A DNA stretch of 20,000 nucleotides, taken from NCBI RefSeq assembly GCF_000181795.1, contig NW_003526944.1:3424904-3444903 (forward strand), read 5' to 3'. This document shows positions 1 to 11,679 of the stretch, one piece after another (the stretch's first letter is position 1; each line of letters opens with the position of its first letter). The notes beneath the pieces were generated by a model. It did not search any database. It saw only the letters and a list, made by a program, of their open reading frames with translations, and was not told where the DNA came from. The DNA comes from Trichinella spiralis (Eukaryota). A program made the position numbers and the translations under genes.

Positions 1-410
1 GAAATCTTTTGTTAAGAGATCAATCGATGTTAATTACAGAAAGGGATAAATTGTACAATGGAATGAATATGTTTTTCCTTGCTTTCAAACTCCCAGTGGA
101 TTGAAAATTATTTAAAAAAAGAAAGAAAGAAAACTTTCTTCTCAAGATTAAAATTGACATGTATTACTGAAATTTCAAAACGAATAATTGCATACGGTAT
201 TCTGTTGATTAATTTGCGACATTTTCAAAAAAAATTTTAAAGCAATTATTATTATTCATTGTAAGTTTATACGTAAAGTTTTACATATGTAGATGCGCGC
301 ACGCATATCTTATACTCTTCTTTATTTGCTCTGTTGAATGAATGGAAATAAGTTCATTCATAACTAACTGATTTGCATAGAAGTATAGGAAATTATTAGG
401 CAATTCTTAC

Positions 411-467
411 TTTTTAAATTTTCGCAAAAGCATGCCAGCGGCGTTGATCAACCTCATAACAACACGG
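411..467 (-). CDS. Candidate internal coding exon, unknown protein (RVVMRLINAAGMLLRKFK)
   Basis: On the minus strand, acceptor aatttccaattctAG precedes 467 and donor GTAAG follows 411. One frame is open and is phase-compatible with the candidate exon at 2102-2183. No homology recognised. Confidence 0.25.
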
Positions 468-903
468 CTAGAATTGGAAATTGTTGAGCCTGTATTTTGT
501 CGTTGATCGGCTGAATTATTGTTGATCATATTCATCGAATTGCAATGCAATGCAGTGCAGTGGTACTTTTGTGAAAAGTGGAAAAGACAGAGAGAAAAGG
601 TAATTTGGTGAATGGGTTGCTAAAAGCTTAGTAGTAGTTTTTCTTTTTTGCAGCAGTGTAGCAGTGCTAATCTATCAAGCTATTATTAATTTATAAGGAC
701 AACACGGCAAGCTGTAAAATCACGCAGCTCCGCCTACTTGATTACTCCAAAAATGATATATGTCTAATCGGAATGTTCACTTTCCAGTTACTAGTCTATA
801 ATAATTAATCAATTGTTCTTTTTTTCCTCTTGGTTTCATTTTTTGAACTTTTCAAGCTGATAAAATATTACTTTTTCTTTATAATATTTTAATATAATCA
901 ATG

Positions 904-905
<2 letters not shown>

Positions 906-954
<49 letters not shown>
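906..954. repeat. (TA)n microsatellite
   Basis: About 22 near-perfect TA units seen directly. Confidence 0.95.
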
Positions 955-955
<1 letters not shown>

Positions 956-2101
956 TTGTGTCTGTACATTGAATTTAAACAGACTTGAAAAAAATCATTT
1001 CGCAATTTATTGAAGATAATTTCTAATGCGTTGAATAGATGATGGAAATGAATGAAATTTTTTCAACACACACACGCACGCACACTTACACAGATGTTGC
1101 TGTTGATTATTTTTCAATTTTATGTGAATATTAGAAATTGTATTTTAAAAAAATAGTTCAAAATTTTCAAATCACGAAAATTATTTAATTTTATAATTGA
1201 AAATGATTTTCCATCCTTATCATTTAATTTCAATTCAGTGATTTTCTTACGTCACCAATGATACGTCACCTGAGTGCATTTTGTCAAATATTAACATTTA
1301 ATTCATATTTAATTAAAAGGTTTGAGATATTTTTTTAGTTTCATTTTTTCTTTCACATCTCGAACAATCAGTCAGAGGTCGGATATTGATTTATTACAAA
1401 ATTGCGTCAGCGTGGAAATTTTTCTCAGCTAGCGTTAATGCTATTTTTTGAAGGTTGATTTAATTAAATTTTATTCTTTATCACTTCAACGCTCAATAAA
1501 CAATTAAATCAATTTATTATGTAATTGTAACGTTATTTTTTGTTTTATTTTATTCGTCTACTACATGTGAACAAAAGAATTTAAATCAGTCCAATGCAAA
1601 GTCTGGATATATTTACAAGAGGTGGTTTAAAAATGCAATAAATGAAAGCATTTGTTGAAATTTTGCTCCTGTTTTGCAATAGTGGATAATTGGCACGATA
1701 ATTGATTTTTGCAAATTTTCATTAGAACTATTTTGATAGCTGAATTGGAAATTATCCTTAAATATCTGTGAATTACACGTTAGCTACATTGACATTGTTA
1801 GTGTTGAATTCAGTGAACAAAAATAGCATCGACGGGGGAAACAATAAAGTGTAGCAGTTCCTTAAATGCCTAATTATGATTGTTTATTCATTATTTGGAT
1901 ATCTTAAATCAGTGCAAAATGAGCAGCATTTCCACGAGTACAATATTGGAAAGAAAATTTTTGTGAAAAGGGTTTTGAATAAAATTTTCAAAAAAATTTG
2001 TTTAGTAAAATTTGTAGTGTTCTCGATTGTTGAGATGTTAATGAATTTCAGTTGTTTCTTCTCATTTATGAATTAAAAAATGAATTAATTTTTATTCTTA
2101 C

Positions 2102-2183
2102 TTTTTTGCTTTTTTCACATCTTTGGATTTGGTTTCATTTGCTTGGCTCTTCATTGTTGTAGGCAACGTGTCGTCGGTCATTT
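2102..2183 (-). CDS. Candidate coding exon, unknown protein (MTDDTLPTTMKSQANETKSKDVKKAK)
   Basis: 82-nt minus-strand segment flanked by acceptor atatttttctAG and donor GTAAGA. It has an open, hydrophilic reading frame. No homology recognised. Confidence 0.4.
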
Positions 2184-5122
2184 CTAGAAAAATATGACAA
2201 GAAATATTAAATTATTGTATAACTAGATTAAAAAATATATAAGCGTGCTTGTGTATAAGCATTGAAATGCATTATTTACAACGTAACTGTTTGTTAGTAG
2301 GAAACGAGTGGAAAGCATAAACCGGCAACAATGGACAAGTCACAGAGGTTTAAGTCAGCACTGCAGTGTGTTGAAGTTTATTTATTCGAGTTATTGTAAA
2401 CACGGTTGAAAGGATGGGATAGTACGAGAGGGGGAAGAGAAGGGGTAGGATTATTTTTCTCTAACGTTTCTTCAGATGCGGCATGTTGCAAAAATCAAGC
2501 TCAGCAAGCAGAAGTGCAGTTTTGTTCTCGACTGAATTTGCTTGCAGCAGTTTAATTTATTTTTTCTACATCGAAGAAATAAGTGTTTCAAATTCACCCC
2601 AATCTCTTTCGTCTTTCCCCGTTTCATCTTTTACTTTTCTTTATTATTGATAAATTAATTCCATTTATTACTTTAAAACATTTTAATAAATAAACAATAC
2701 TTTGAAATCAACAATTAAATTTGAAATTGTTCAGTGAAACTATTTTTATTACTTATTTTTTTGGGATCGGATGAAACTTTTCATTATTCTATCTGCTAGT
2801 AGTGATATTATAAAACAACAACTGGGCAAAGATGGTTTATCCGTTTGTTTGTATATCTTATAATATGTGATAAATATTGCTTAAAAATTTTTTGTTTACA
2901 AAATATAAGTGTTGAATAAGTTTTCATTTAAATAACAACTAGCTAGCTGTATTATCCAAATGCAAAGAAATAGATAAAAGTACTGTTCTGCTGAGCTTGC
3001 ATCATGCATGAATTTTATTTTATTTTATTTTATTTTACTTATTTATTTAGTGAATCTTGTTGTCTTGTTTAATTGGATTTAATAAAATGAATTGAAAAAC
3101 AAAAATTAAAATTAAGCAAATTTCCCATGACGTGATCAAGTGCAGCTTTCATTCCCAATGGCTCAGCAGCATATAATACAGCAGGCGCTCAGGTTAATTT
3201 CTTTTGCATAACGAACAACTGGGATTCAAAATCTTTGAACGAAACGTTGAAAAATAGCTTGCTGAAATTGGAAATTTATTTTGCCTTACCATTTCGAATA
3301 GTTTCTTGCAAAGTTCAAAGCGAATAAATTATACATTTTCAATACTATTTGATAATAATCCCCGGTGAGTTTTTTTGTTTTTGTAAAACGCAAAATACCT
3401 TTTTCTGCTGTTAATTTTCATGTCTAAAATTCAAATTAATTTTTTTAAATTAGTTTTTGCTTTTCTTTAAATTGTTTCTAAAAACTGCTTATTATTATTT
3501 TTGGTAAGCTAGCGTACGAACAACTGCTGTTGTTGCAATTGCACTTGATCGTGAAGATGGACATTTTGCTGAATTACAATTTTAAAATTAATTATGCAAT
3601 TTTAACCAGTTATTTCATAAAAAAAGTTTTACTTGATAATTATTCGTTAAATTTAAATATTTTTTTAATTTGCAGCATTCAACCAATGAGCAGACCTAAA
3701 TGTTTTTGCCACATATGTGTTTATTTGGTTCATACAATTACAAGCAATTGTGAGGAACAATTTAAAATAATTGTTTACTAATGTTAAATTTAATATCATC
3801 AAGGTGGAATTTTCATTTATTGATATTATTTTCTGAAGAAGAATGCAATGTAGCCATCTGTGAATAATCAAGATTAAGCAAAAGGTTGTTGCATTTTTGA
3901 TAATTTCTGAACGTATCGCTTACGTCATCATTATTCATTTCTTCCAGGAAATGCAAATACCCAGAAGCAGATGTGTATCGCTTCACGTACTCTATAAAGT
4001 TCTTTTGTTTTGTCAAATCAAATAATCTCTACTCATTGTCTCTGTTATTTTCTATTGCTATTATGAATGAAAATTAATTCATTTATTTCTCAAGGAAATT
4101 GGAAACGATTTAGGTGAGAAAGCAGTAAGCAAATTTCAATTTTTCAAATATGTACATTTGTTTTCAAAATTTATTATTTATTATATGCACGAGACTAATT
4201 TTGCGAAAGCGATGCGATTAATGTATGAAAACCTGAAGCAAAGCAATAGATGCTTGTTCTGTGATCTACAAGAAGTGAAAACCGAGTGAATAATGCCATG
4301 ACAATGGCACTGTGTTCAAAATTCACTGACAGAAAATATTCTTCATTTAAATTTTTAAGTATAATTGCAAATACTTACCCTACGGTTTATCATTTCGCGT
4401 TAAAATGCATTACTTTCAAGTTGCTTGGAAAAATAAATGACTTTAAAGCTTAAACAATGAAAAGCTGGTATTTTATTTTTCTTTCATTTGTTTGGAAAAT
4501 TATTTATTGGCTTATTAGCTTAGTTATATTTAAAATCTGCTCAAAGGTTAACTTATTCTTATTATAATATTTTTTGACCTTATTTATTATAGCGAAAATG
4601 ACAAATTGGCAAAATTATGCTCTTACGTGTACGACAGAGCCAGTTGAATTTTTTATATCAGCTGTGGCCAACGTAGGTGCTACAACAAAGCTTAGCAGTG
4701 GTGGAGTTTTTGTACCACTATACTATACCATCTGAAAGTGCTTCAGGTACAGCTTCACCGTTGACCAAGTGTATGCGGATGTGTTTTATTTGATTGATTA
4801 ATTGATCGTTGCTCGCGAGTTTTTAATTATTTATTTTACTGGCGTTCTGTATTGCGTGCGTATTTTACTGGCAAGTTTAGTTTTCTGCTTTCTTCGGTTC
4901 TCATCACCATCACTGTGGCAGGTATTGGTGCTATCGAACGATTCCATTGTACATTTTAGAAAAGCTTAATTTGGCTTTGTAAAATTTGACAAGGAAAAAA
5001 ATATAAATTTAATAGATCAGAGAATCAAATTGATTTGATAAGATTTGATTTGATTGGTTTTGTGCAGAGAGGAAAAAATTTTGCATTGAGCTGTTTGTAA
5101 TTTTTCTGCATATTCATCGACT

Positions 5123-5298
5123 AGACAGACAGACAGACAGACACAGATTTTGTTAGACAAATGAACTTTTTCGTTTAATTTCCGTTCAGTTTGACTGTTC
5201 ACACAAAGAAGCCCTGAACTGCTGCTCTTTCGTACGTTATTCATTATTATTTGCTCTGAAACGGATTTTTTTCTTTTTTTTCTCTCTCTCTCTCTCTC
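5123..5298. repeat. (CAGA)n and (TC)n microsatellites
   Basis: agacagacagacagacagac at ~5123-5142 and a (tc)9 tract at 5281-5298. Confidence 0.85.
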
Positions 5299-5335
5299 AA
5301 TATCTGAAGCTTCTTTAAAATTTGCATCACGTCAG

Positions 5336-5559
5336 AATTGTCTGGTTTTATACAAAAGCACTGATCAGACAATTGATGATAATTTGAAAATATTTCAAGC
5401 AGAAATTTTGCATCGTCTTCCACAAACAATACCTCTAATATATGTGATCGAAAACAGTGAGGAGTTGTTATATTGCATCAAACCAAGTATTATTGTGTTC
5501 CTGGTCAATGCATATAGTTCAGGCACAGTGAATGAATCGCTTGTAAACCATTCATCATC
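5336..5559 (+). CDS. Candidate coding exon, unknown protein (NCLVLYKSTDQTIDDNLKIFQAEILHRLPQTIPLIYVIENSEELLYCIKPSIIVFLVNAYSSGTVNESLVNHSS)
   Basis: Stop-free frame 5195-5560 (about 120 codons, long for this AT content). It follows a polypyrimidine tract (5266-5298) and ends at a consensus GTAAGT donor (5560). The acceptor choice (5309 or 5335) is uncertain. Confidence 0.25.
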
Positions 5560-7311
5560 GTAAGTGGTCAAAATGAAATAGAAATGTCAAAATGCATGCC
5601 AATTTTAAAAAATTATTAAGTATAATTTAAAAATTCTACAAAGAATTGACGGATAGATGGATGATTGTAAAACTTGATGATATGTGATGTTGTTTAAGTA
5701 GATCGATTGAAATAATGTTCCTCGTGTTATTCATCTTCATTCCAAGTACAATATAAAAAAATTATCGTAAGCGTTAATAATGGAAAAATCAGTTTTTAAT
5801 TGGAGAAATATTTTAGAAAAAGTTGAGATGACGTCATTGAAATGAAGTCTGTAGTAGTTCAGTTATCTTCGAATAATGTACTTTTCAACGAGGATTTATG
5901 GTTTATTAACTGAGCTAACAATATGGTTGACAATCGATATTATTTTTCAAATATTACTGAAGCGACTATTGTTATGCAATTTGGACAACACCAGTGTTAA
6001 TGTGGAAATTGATAATTCCTATTGTTCAAACCGAGCGAACAACAGCAGCAACAGTAAATTAATAATAATAATCCTTTGTAAAACAACTGAATCACATTAT
6101 ATCCAAACAAGCCTTAGCATAGTATAAGCAAAATGTAAATTTTAAAATAAAATTTATCTATCTGTTTTTGTAATTTATATACACTCTAGCCGTTCGTTAT
6201 ATAAGCAATTTTAACTATGCAATAAGGAGAAAGTTTGATGATGATGATGCTATTGGGCAGTGGCAGAGCGTTGATTTTCAAGAAAAGAAGTCAAATCAAA
6301 TCCAGCTTCTGATTTCTCTAATGGTATTCTCAGCCGAGTTGGGAATTGAATTTTACTTTCAACGAACAGATAATTTTTGCAATTACATCTGCTTGTAATC
6401 TAATTTTCGAGCTCGATGAGAAATGTACTTTTATTTAGAAAGGCCAAGTCTTTTTTTCACTGCTTTTCATCGAGAATCAGTCAATCAATTGCCGTTACCC
6501 TAGCACTTGAGAAGCATGTTTCTATATGAATAATTTCATGATTGAAAATTACAATAGAAATTATTGTTTATCTGCTGTTTTGGCATAAGTCGTGATTATT
6601 TCATAATTAAATAGCAATTAGTGCTTAATGTTCAGACAAAGAAAAGCATCATCAGTTATTATTATTATTATTATTTTCTGTGTTGCAATATTAGTAGTGA
6701 ATTTTATGAAAACAAAAATACACTGAAAAAAGTAAAAGATCTACTACACCTTGTAATGGATGTGAAAGGCACAGACAAGAAGCGAACGTTTGGCAAGGCC
6801 AATAGATCAAGGCGGCCACAGTTCTGAAACGCATCATTTTGTAGCAAAAGGAAAAATAGTGAAATGGTGAATTTTTATTCAGTGCCGATTAAAAATTAAA
6901 GAAAAAAAACGCATAATAACTAAATACTTGAATTCCCCTAATTATCTTTAATAGTTCTCAGCTTACAACTGGTACCAAGCAACGTGGTTGACAGTGGCAG
7001 ATTTTTTTCTTAAATTATTGAATTGTTCAAAAAGTGACGTCTTTTATATATTTACTCTTCTGCTTTGGGTCAGTTTTCAAAAGAAGAATCACAAAGAGCT
7101 TTTCCTACGGTGATTTTTTCTATTCAGACTTTGTGATGGTGTAGTATTTTCTGTTTCCCTTTTTGTTGGTTTCTTATTCGTTCGTTCGTTAATAAGCTTA
7201 TTTTATATGTATGTGAATTATGCAAACGTATATATTTTATGTCAAATTTGGACATTTGAATAATGGTAATTATTGACACTGAAAATGAAGAATCATGACC
7301 AGAATAATAAT

Positions 7312-8068
7312 CAGTCAGTCAGTCAGTGGTTTGCAATTGTCCAAGAGGATTAGATGAGAGAAAGAGAGAGAGAGAAGTGGTTATAGGGTTGATTGTTCGA
7401 ACGATTGATTCAATGCTTATTATTACTATTATTATTTTTTTAATGCTAATAAAGGCGTTAATTATTGTTGAAATATAATATTTTTTGTTGATTTTTTAAA
7501 ATAAATTTAACAAATGCTTACCAGTTAGTTAGTTGTTAATAAATTGAAGTTCAATTGTGTATGGAAGTAGAGGTAATTTTATTCTTTGGGGCAGTCGGTC
7601 TTTGTTGTCACTTTTATTTGATCAACTTGCCTGAGCCGGTGCCCACTTGTTTTTTTGAACAGTGCTATGCTAGGGATATTTGCTAGGCGTTGTTGAATAG
7701 AGCGTTGTCGAATAATAATTAATCTTAATGATAAGTCAAAATATAAAAACCCGTTGTCAATTAGGCGTGAGTGTTGAAAATGACGCACAGCATGGTCAGC
7801 AAAAGCTGGAGCTAGCTAACTGGCTGACTACGCCTGCTAACTAGCTTGGTTTCGCTTCGTTGATTGGAGTATGTCACTTTGTAAAATAGGGAGGGAACCA
7901 TGCTGCTGCTGCTGCTGCTGCTGCTGCATTCAGCTCTGATGCAAACATCACTGAACTGGACGGGTGTGAAGAAGATGAGGAAGGACAGTTGTGGAGAGGG
8001 GGTAGGGGAAAATGTATTTGAAAAAGTTAATCGTTATCACGCGCTTGTCACACACACACACACACACA
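7312..8068. repeat. Cluster of simple repeats: (CAGT)4 ~7312-7327, (AG)n ~7357-7374, (GCT)n 7902-7927, (CA)n 8049-8068
   Basis: Seen directly. Confidence 0.85.
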
Positions 8069-11000
8069 GACATGCATGATTGTTGAATGGTTTCTTTCGT
8101 TTGCTTCTTGCCTGGTTCATTCATTTTTATTGCAATCAAAATGGAAACACGTTTTCAATATTTTTCTGTTTGCATTTCCACTTCGTAACTGAAATTGATT
8201 TTTTCAACTCTTCACCAGAAATTTTCATCTTATTTTATTCAATTTGCAGGCTATTTTCTTTCTTTACAATTACATGCAAATAAATATATACGTGTACATA
8301 AAAAAATATTTTTATAAATTTATATTTTTTTCAATAAAACTACCATTATCATCTACTGCGACAATGTTTAATAGAAATTTATCACAAACTGTTCGTGAAT
8401 TCAATATTGCTCAGTTAGAGAAAGGAGGGAGGGTATGAATTATATTTTCAAAGCAAAATATAATAATTTTAAAAATATTCTTCGAATTTATCCGGCACAT
8501 TTCATTTTTCTCTTTGATTACAAGTTATTATGATTGCAATTTTTCTCTAATTGTTATTGCATCTTGAATGGCACAATGATGAATGGATGCAAAGTTTAAT
8601 AAAACTCATCCCACTAAGCGCTGACTATGGTGCAAGTGTTTCTTGTGTTTTGAGGCTTGAGGCTTCTTGAAAGAAATAAATAATATTTCAAATTTTATTG
8701 CATGAACAGCGCTCATTGGGAACTGTTGTTGTTGTTGCTGTTGAAAAATTATCGACTTCTGTTTAAAATGGTCTTTTTCGTACGGGATTTATGCAAGTAT
8801 CAAATTTGCGCAATTTCATTCATGGGATACAATTTTTGTTCCGTTTAATTTTGCTTTTGCCTACTCATCTACCACTTCAATTAGTCATACTGTAGAGGAG
8901 GAGAGGAGAAATTCAATGACTACAATTAGAAAACAGACACTAAAGCATATTTTAAAGTTTTCGAAATTCTACTGTACTATTTATAAATTGCAATGCAATT
9001 GGAATAAATTAATGTATTAGTGTTGATGATAATTATTTTGCATATAAATAGTTACGAACAAATTTTGGGAAAATATCAACAAACAATCGGTTGTTTAATT
9101 CGATTTAATCAAAGTTGATCCAATGAAACACGCTGCTATTCATTCATCATAAACCTTTTTGCATTTAAGACTTTGAAGTTCAGAAATAAATTTCCACTTA
9201 TATTGAAAAACATCAACACTGCACAGTTCTCATCAAATGATTGTAATAAAATTACGGATATGTATGCATTTTTTGTTTAATTTGCGCATCAAAGGTGTTC
9301 TGTAGTTTTGAATAACATTTACCTTGATTGATAAGGAAATATGTAAAAATCCACTTTGAAGTTGGAAATTTATTTATTGTTGTCTGTCGTTTTTGTCGGA
9401 TTTTATTGATGAGTTTTATAGTATACGTGTTTAATTATTTTATCGAAATTGACCAAAAGTAAATCATCAGTATACGGTGGATTTGAAAATAGAATGCAGC
9501 ACTTTTCGTCGACTATTTCATGCTTTGGAACTTTTTATTTTCTTCTTTTCCACTAACGATCGAACGAAAGTTGAACAAAATTATAAATAGTTGTAATCGA
9601 ATTTTTATTTCATTAAGACTTTGATTATTATTCTATTAGATAATTTTCCCTTTTATTAAGAACTCAACACACTTGGACGAGTCTCTTCCATTGAAAGTAT
9701 AAAACTGAAACGAAGCTTAAAAACAAAATAAACAGCACATATTTTTATATGCTTAATTAATAGTAAGCTTGCTTGTTTTTTTTGTTATTTTCTTCTTCGT
9801 TTCACAAATAAATTCTTTGAACATCAATGCTATTTTTCATATGAAAACGCTGACAGCAACTGTTAATAATCAAAATGATCACTTAATTATATGATGTAAA
9901 GAAAGCTGTCATTTATTTCCCTTTTTCCTTTCCTTTTCTTTCTTTCTTTCTTTTTGTATAATTTTCTTGTATGTAAATTTGCAAATTCCTTGTAATATAT
10001 GTGCATTATTGATGTATATTAATACATTGAATATATTATAAATTTGATTGATATGCTTATTTGATTTATAATAGGAACAGATAAAATGAAAAATATACAG
10101 CAACATAAATTAATTAATCGCTGTTGTTGTGAATTGTTCTGCTCTTTCAAAACTAAATTTTAAAACAGAAGCAAATTAATCTGTTCAACCAATCTGTTCT
10201 TCGTTGATGTTGACTCTTTTTTTTGTTGCAAGAGTTAAATGTGAGTGTCAAAAAAAGATTACTCTTTTATAAAACTTATAGCTTCCATTTTTTTGCTTAC
10301 GAAAATAATCATAAACAAGAGTTCCAAGAAAGCTCGTCATGAAAAAATGCTGCTTACCTAGAAAGCATATTTCAGCATTATAAATGATGGCTGTTACTAC
10401 TAGTTCAGCTTGAAATTATTGTTGGACATGATCACAGCATGACTGACAGATTTCAGTGATGCTGAATGCGGCACTTCAGTGTACAACAAGTATCTTATTG
10501 TAGCCACCTGTTTATCATCTGTCAGCTGAGTGAGTGTAAACGAAAAAAGAAATCAAACGATGCTTTGGTAGATTGCATTCAGCTGATGCTGATTTTGATC
10601 TTGTCTTCAGGATTAATATTGATTGGAACTGTTATCGAAAATTTAACAGCCACGCATACACTGGTATCAATGACAACTAATTAAACAAAACTCAGTTGCC
10701 ATACCGAGCGCGAAGTGCATTAAAGTGAAAAGTACTTGCATGCGCATAAACAATTGATGATCGATCTGTGTGTTGCTCATCACGTCAACACTATTTGTCA
10801 TCTGCTTCATTTTGCCTAATGGTAATTAGAATTTAAGCGCACAATATTTTGCCGGCATATTGCAGTTTTTTTTTCACCACTAGCAAATGTATGAAAAGTG
10901 GAATTCGTTTCAATAAATTTCTCAACCGCAACTGGAGGCGCGTGCATGTCTTCTTCATAAAAAACTACACTCAGAAGGGTTATATGGGTTTTGGACACGG

Positions 11001-11400
11001 TAGGTTTTATTTGTACAGAAAATATACAATCGAAACTATGCAGCATCTTTGGCGCAAAGACATTATTCCCAAAGACAAGAAAGAGATGTGGTTGAAAGTA
11101 ATTTTTCATACAAAACAACAAACGTTGTTGTATAGCTCGTGAAATTTTAGAAAAATATAAGAAAAGTCCTTCCCCTCCCCTCCCCTTTCCCCCAAACGAT
11201 TTATTTCAAGTTGAGACATGTGGAAAATGTTATTTTTTTTTCTTATTTAAAGTTTTCAGTGATCTTATCAAGATGAGGTTGATATTCATTTTTGGAATAG
11301 AAAAATTGCACTCAGCGTTCAGATTATCAGCGCAATTAGACCAAGTCGAATAACGATGGCACGTTAGCACTATGCAAATTTGCTTTTTTCTTCAAGTTAT

Positions 11401-11486
11401 TCGCATTATTAATAATAATGCGCTTGTTCACTTGACTGACGTGACTAATAGTATTATTAGTAGCGTGTGTAGACGATATTGCTCGT
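11401..11486 (+). repeat. Diverged copy (A) of hairpin-containing repeat family
   Basis: tcgcattattaataataatgcgcttgttcacttgactgacgtgacta aligns with ttgcgttatcaatagcgtagcgcttgttcgcttgattaacgtggcta (13452-13498), differing mostly by transitions. Also present at 16720-16805. Confidence 0.7.
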
Positions 11487-11679
11487 TTTATTGTTGCACT
11501 AATTTGGCCACTGAATTCGGCGTTCAATTGCTGAACAGCATTCAACAGCTATTTCAACCTGTTTGTAGGATTTGAAGAACTTTTAATTATGAATGAATTC
11601 TTTATTATAGTTCAAAATTCAAATTTCTCTCTAAAATGATGAACTGAACATTTACTTGTGTATTTTGAAATTTTAGCTG

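Noticed and set aside
4282..4330. aatggcactg...aattcac resembling miR-228/263/183 family
   Set aside because: The middle of the sequence and the spacing do not match the family, and it lies on the 3' side of a tiny hairpin rather than the 5' arm of a proper precursor.
4371..4423. atacttacc as U1 snRNA 5' end
   Set aside because: No downstream U1 sequence. It is simply a minus-strand GTAAGTAT donor-like motif, and the adjacent segment has stops in all three frames.
1876..10684. Short ORFs of the ORF track as stand-alone genes
   Set aside because: 60-83 aa, I/F/L/K/N-biased as expected from AT-rich noncoding DNA, often running through microsatellites or starting at TTG/GTG in a eukaryote; no recognisable domains.
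11336..11575. Duplicated 69-aa and 67-aa ORFs as conserved genes
   Set aside because: Their identity reflects the ~99% DNA duplication. They overlap repeat copy A, whose differences from copy B are mostly non-synonymous.
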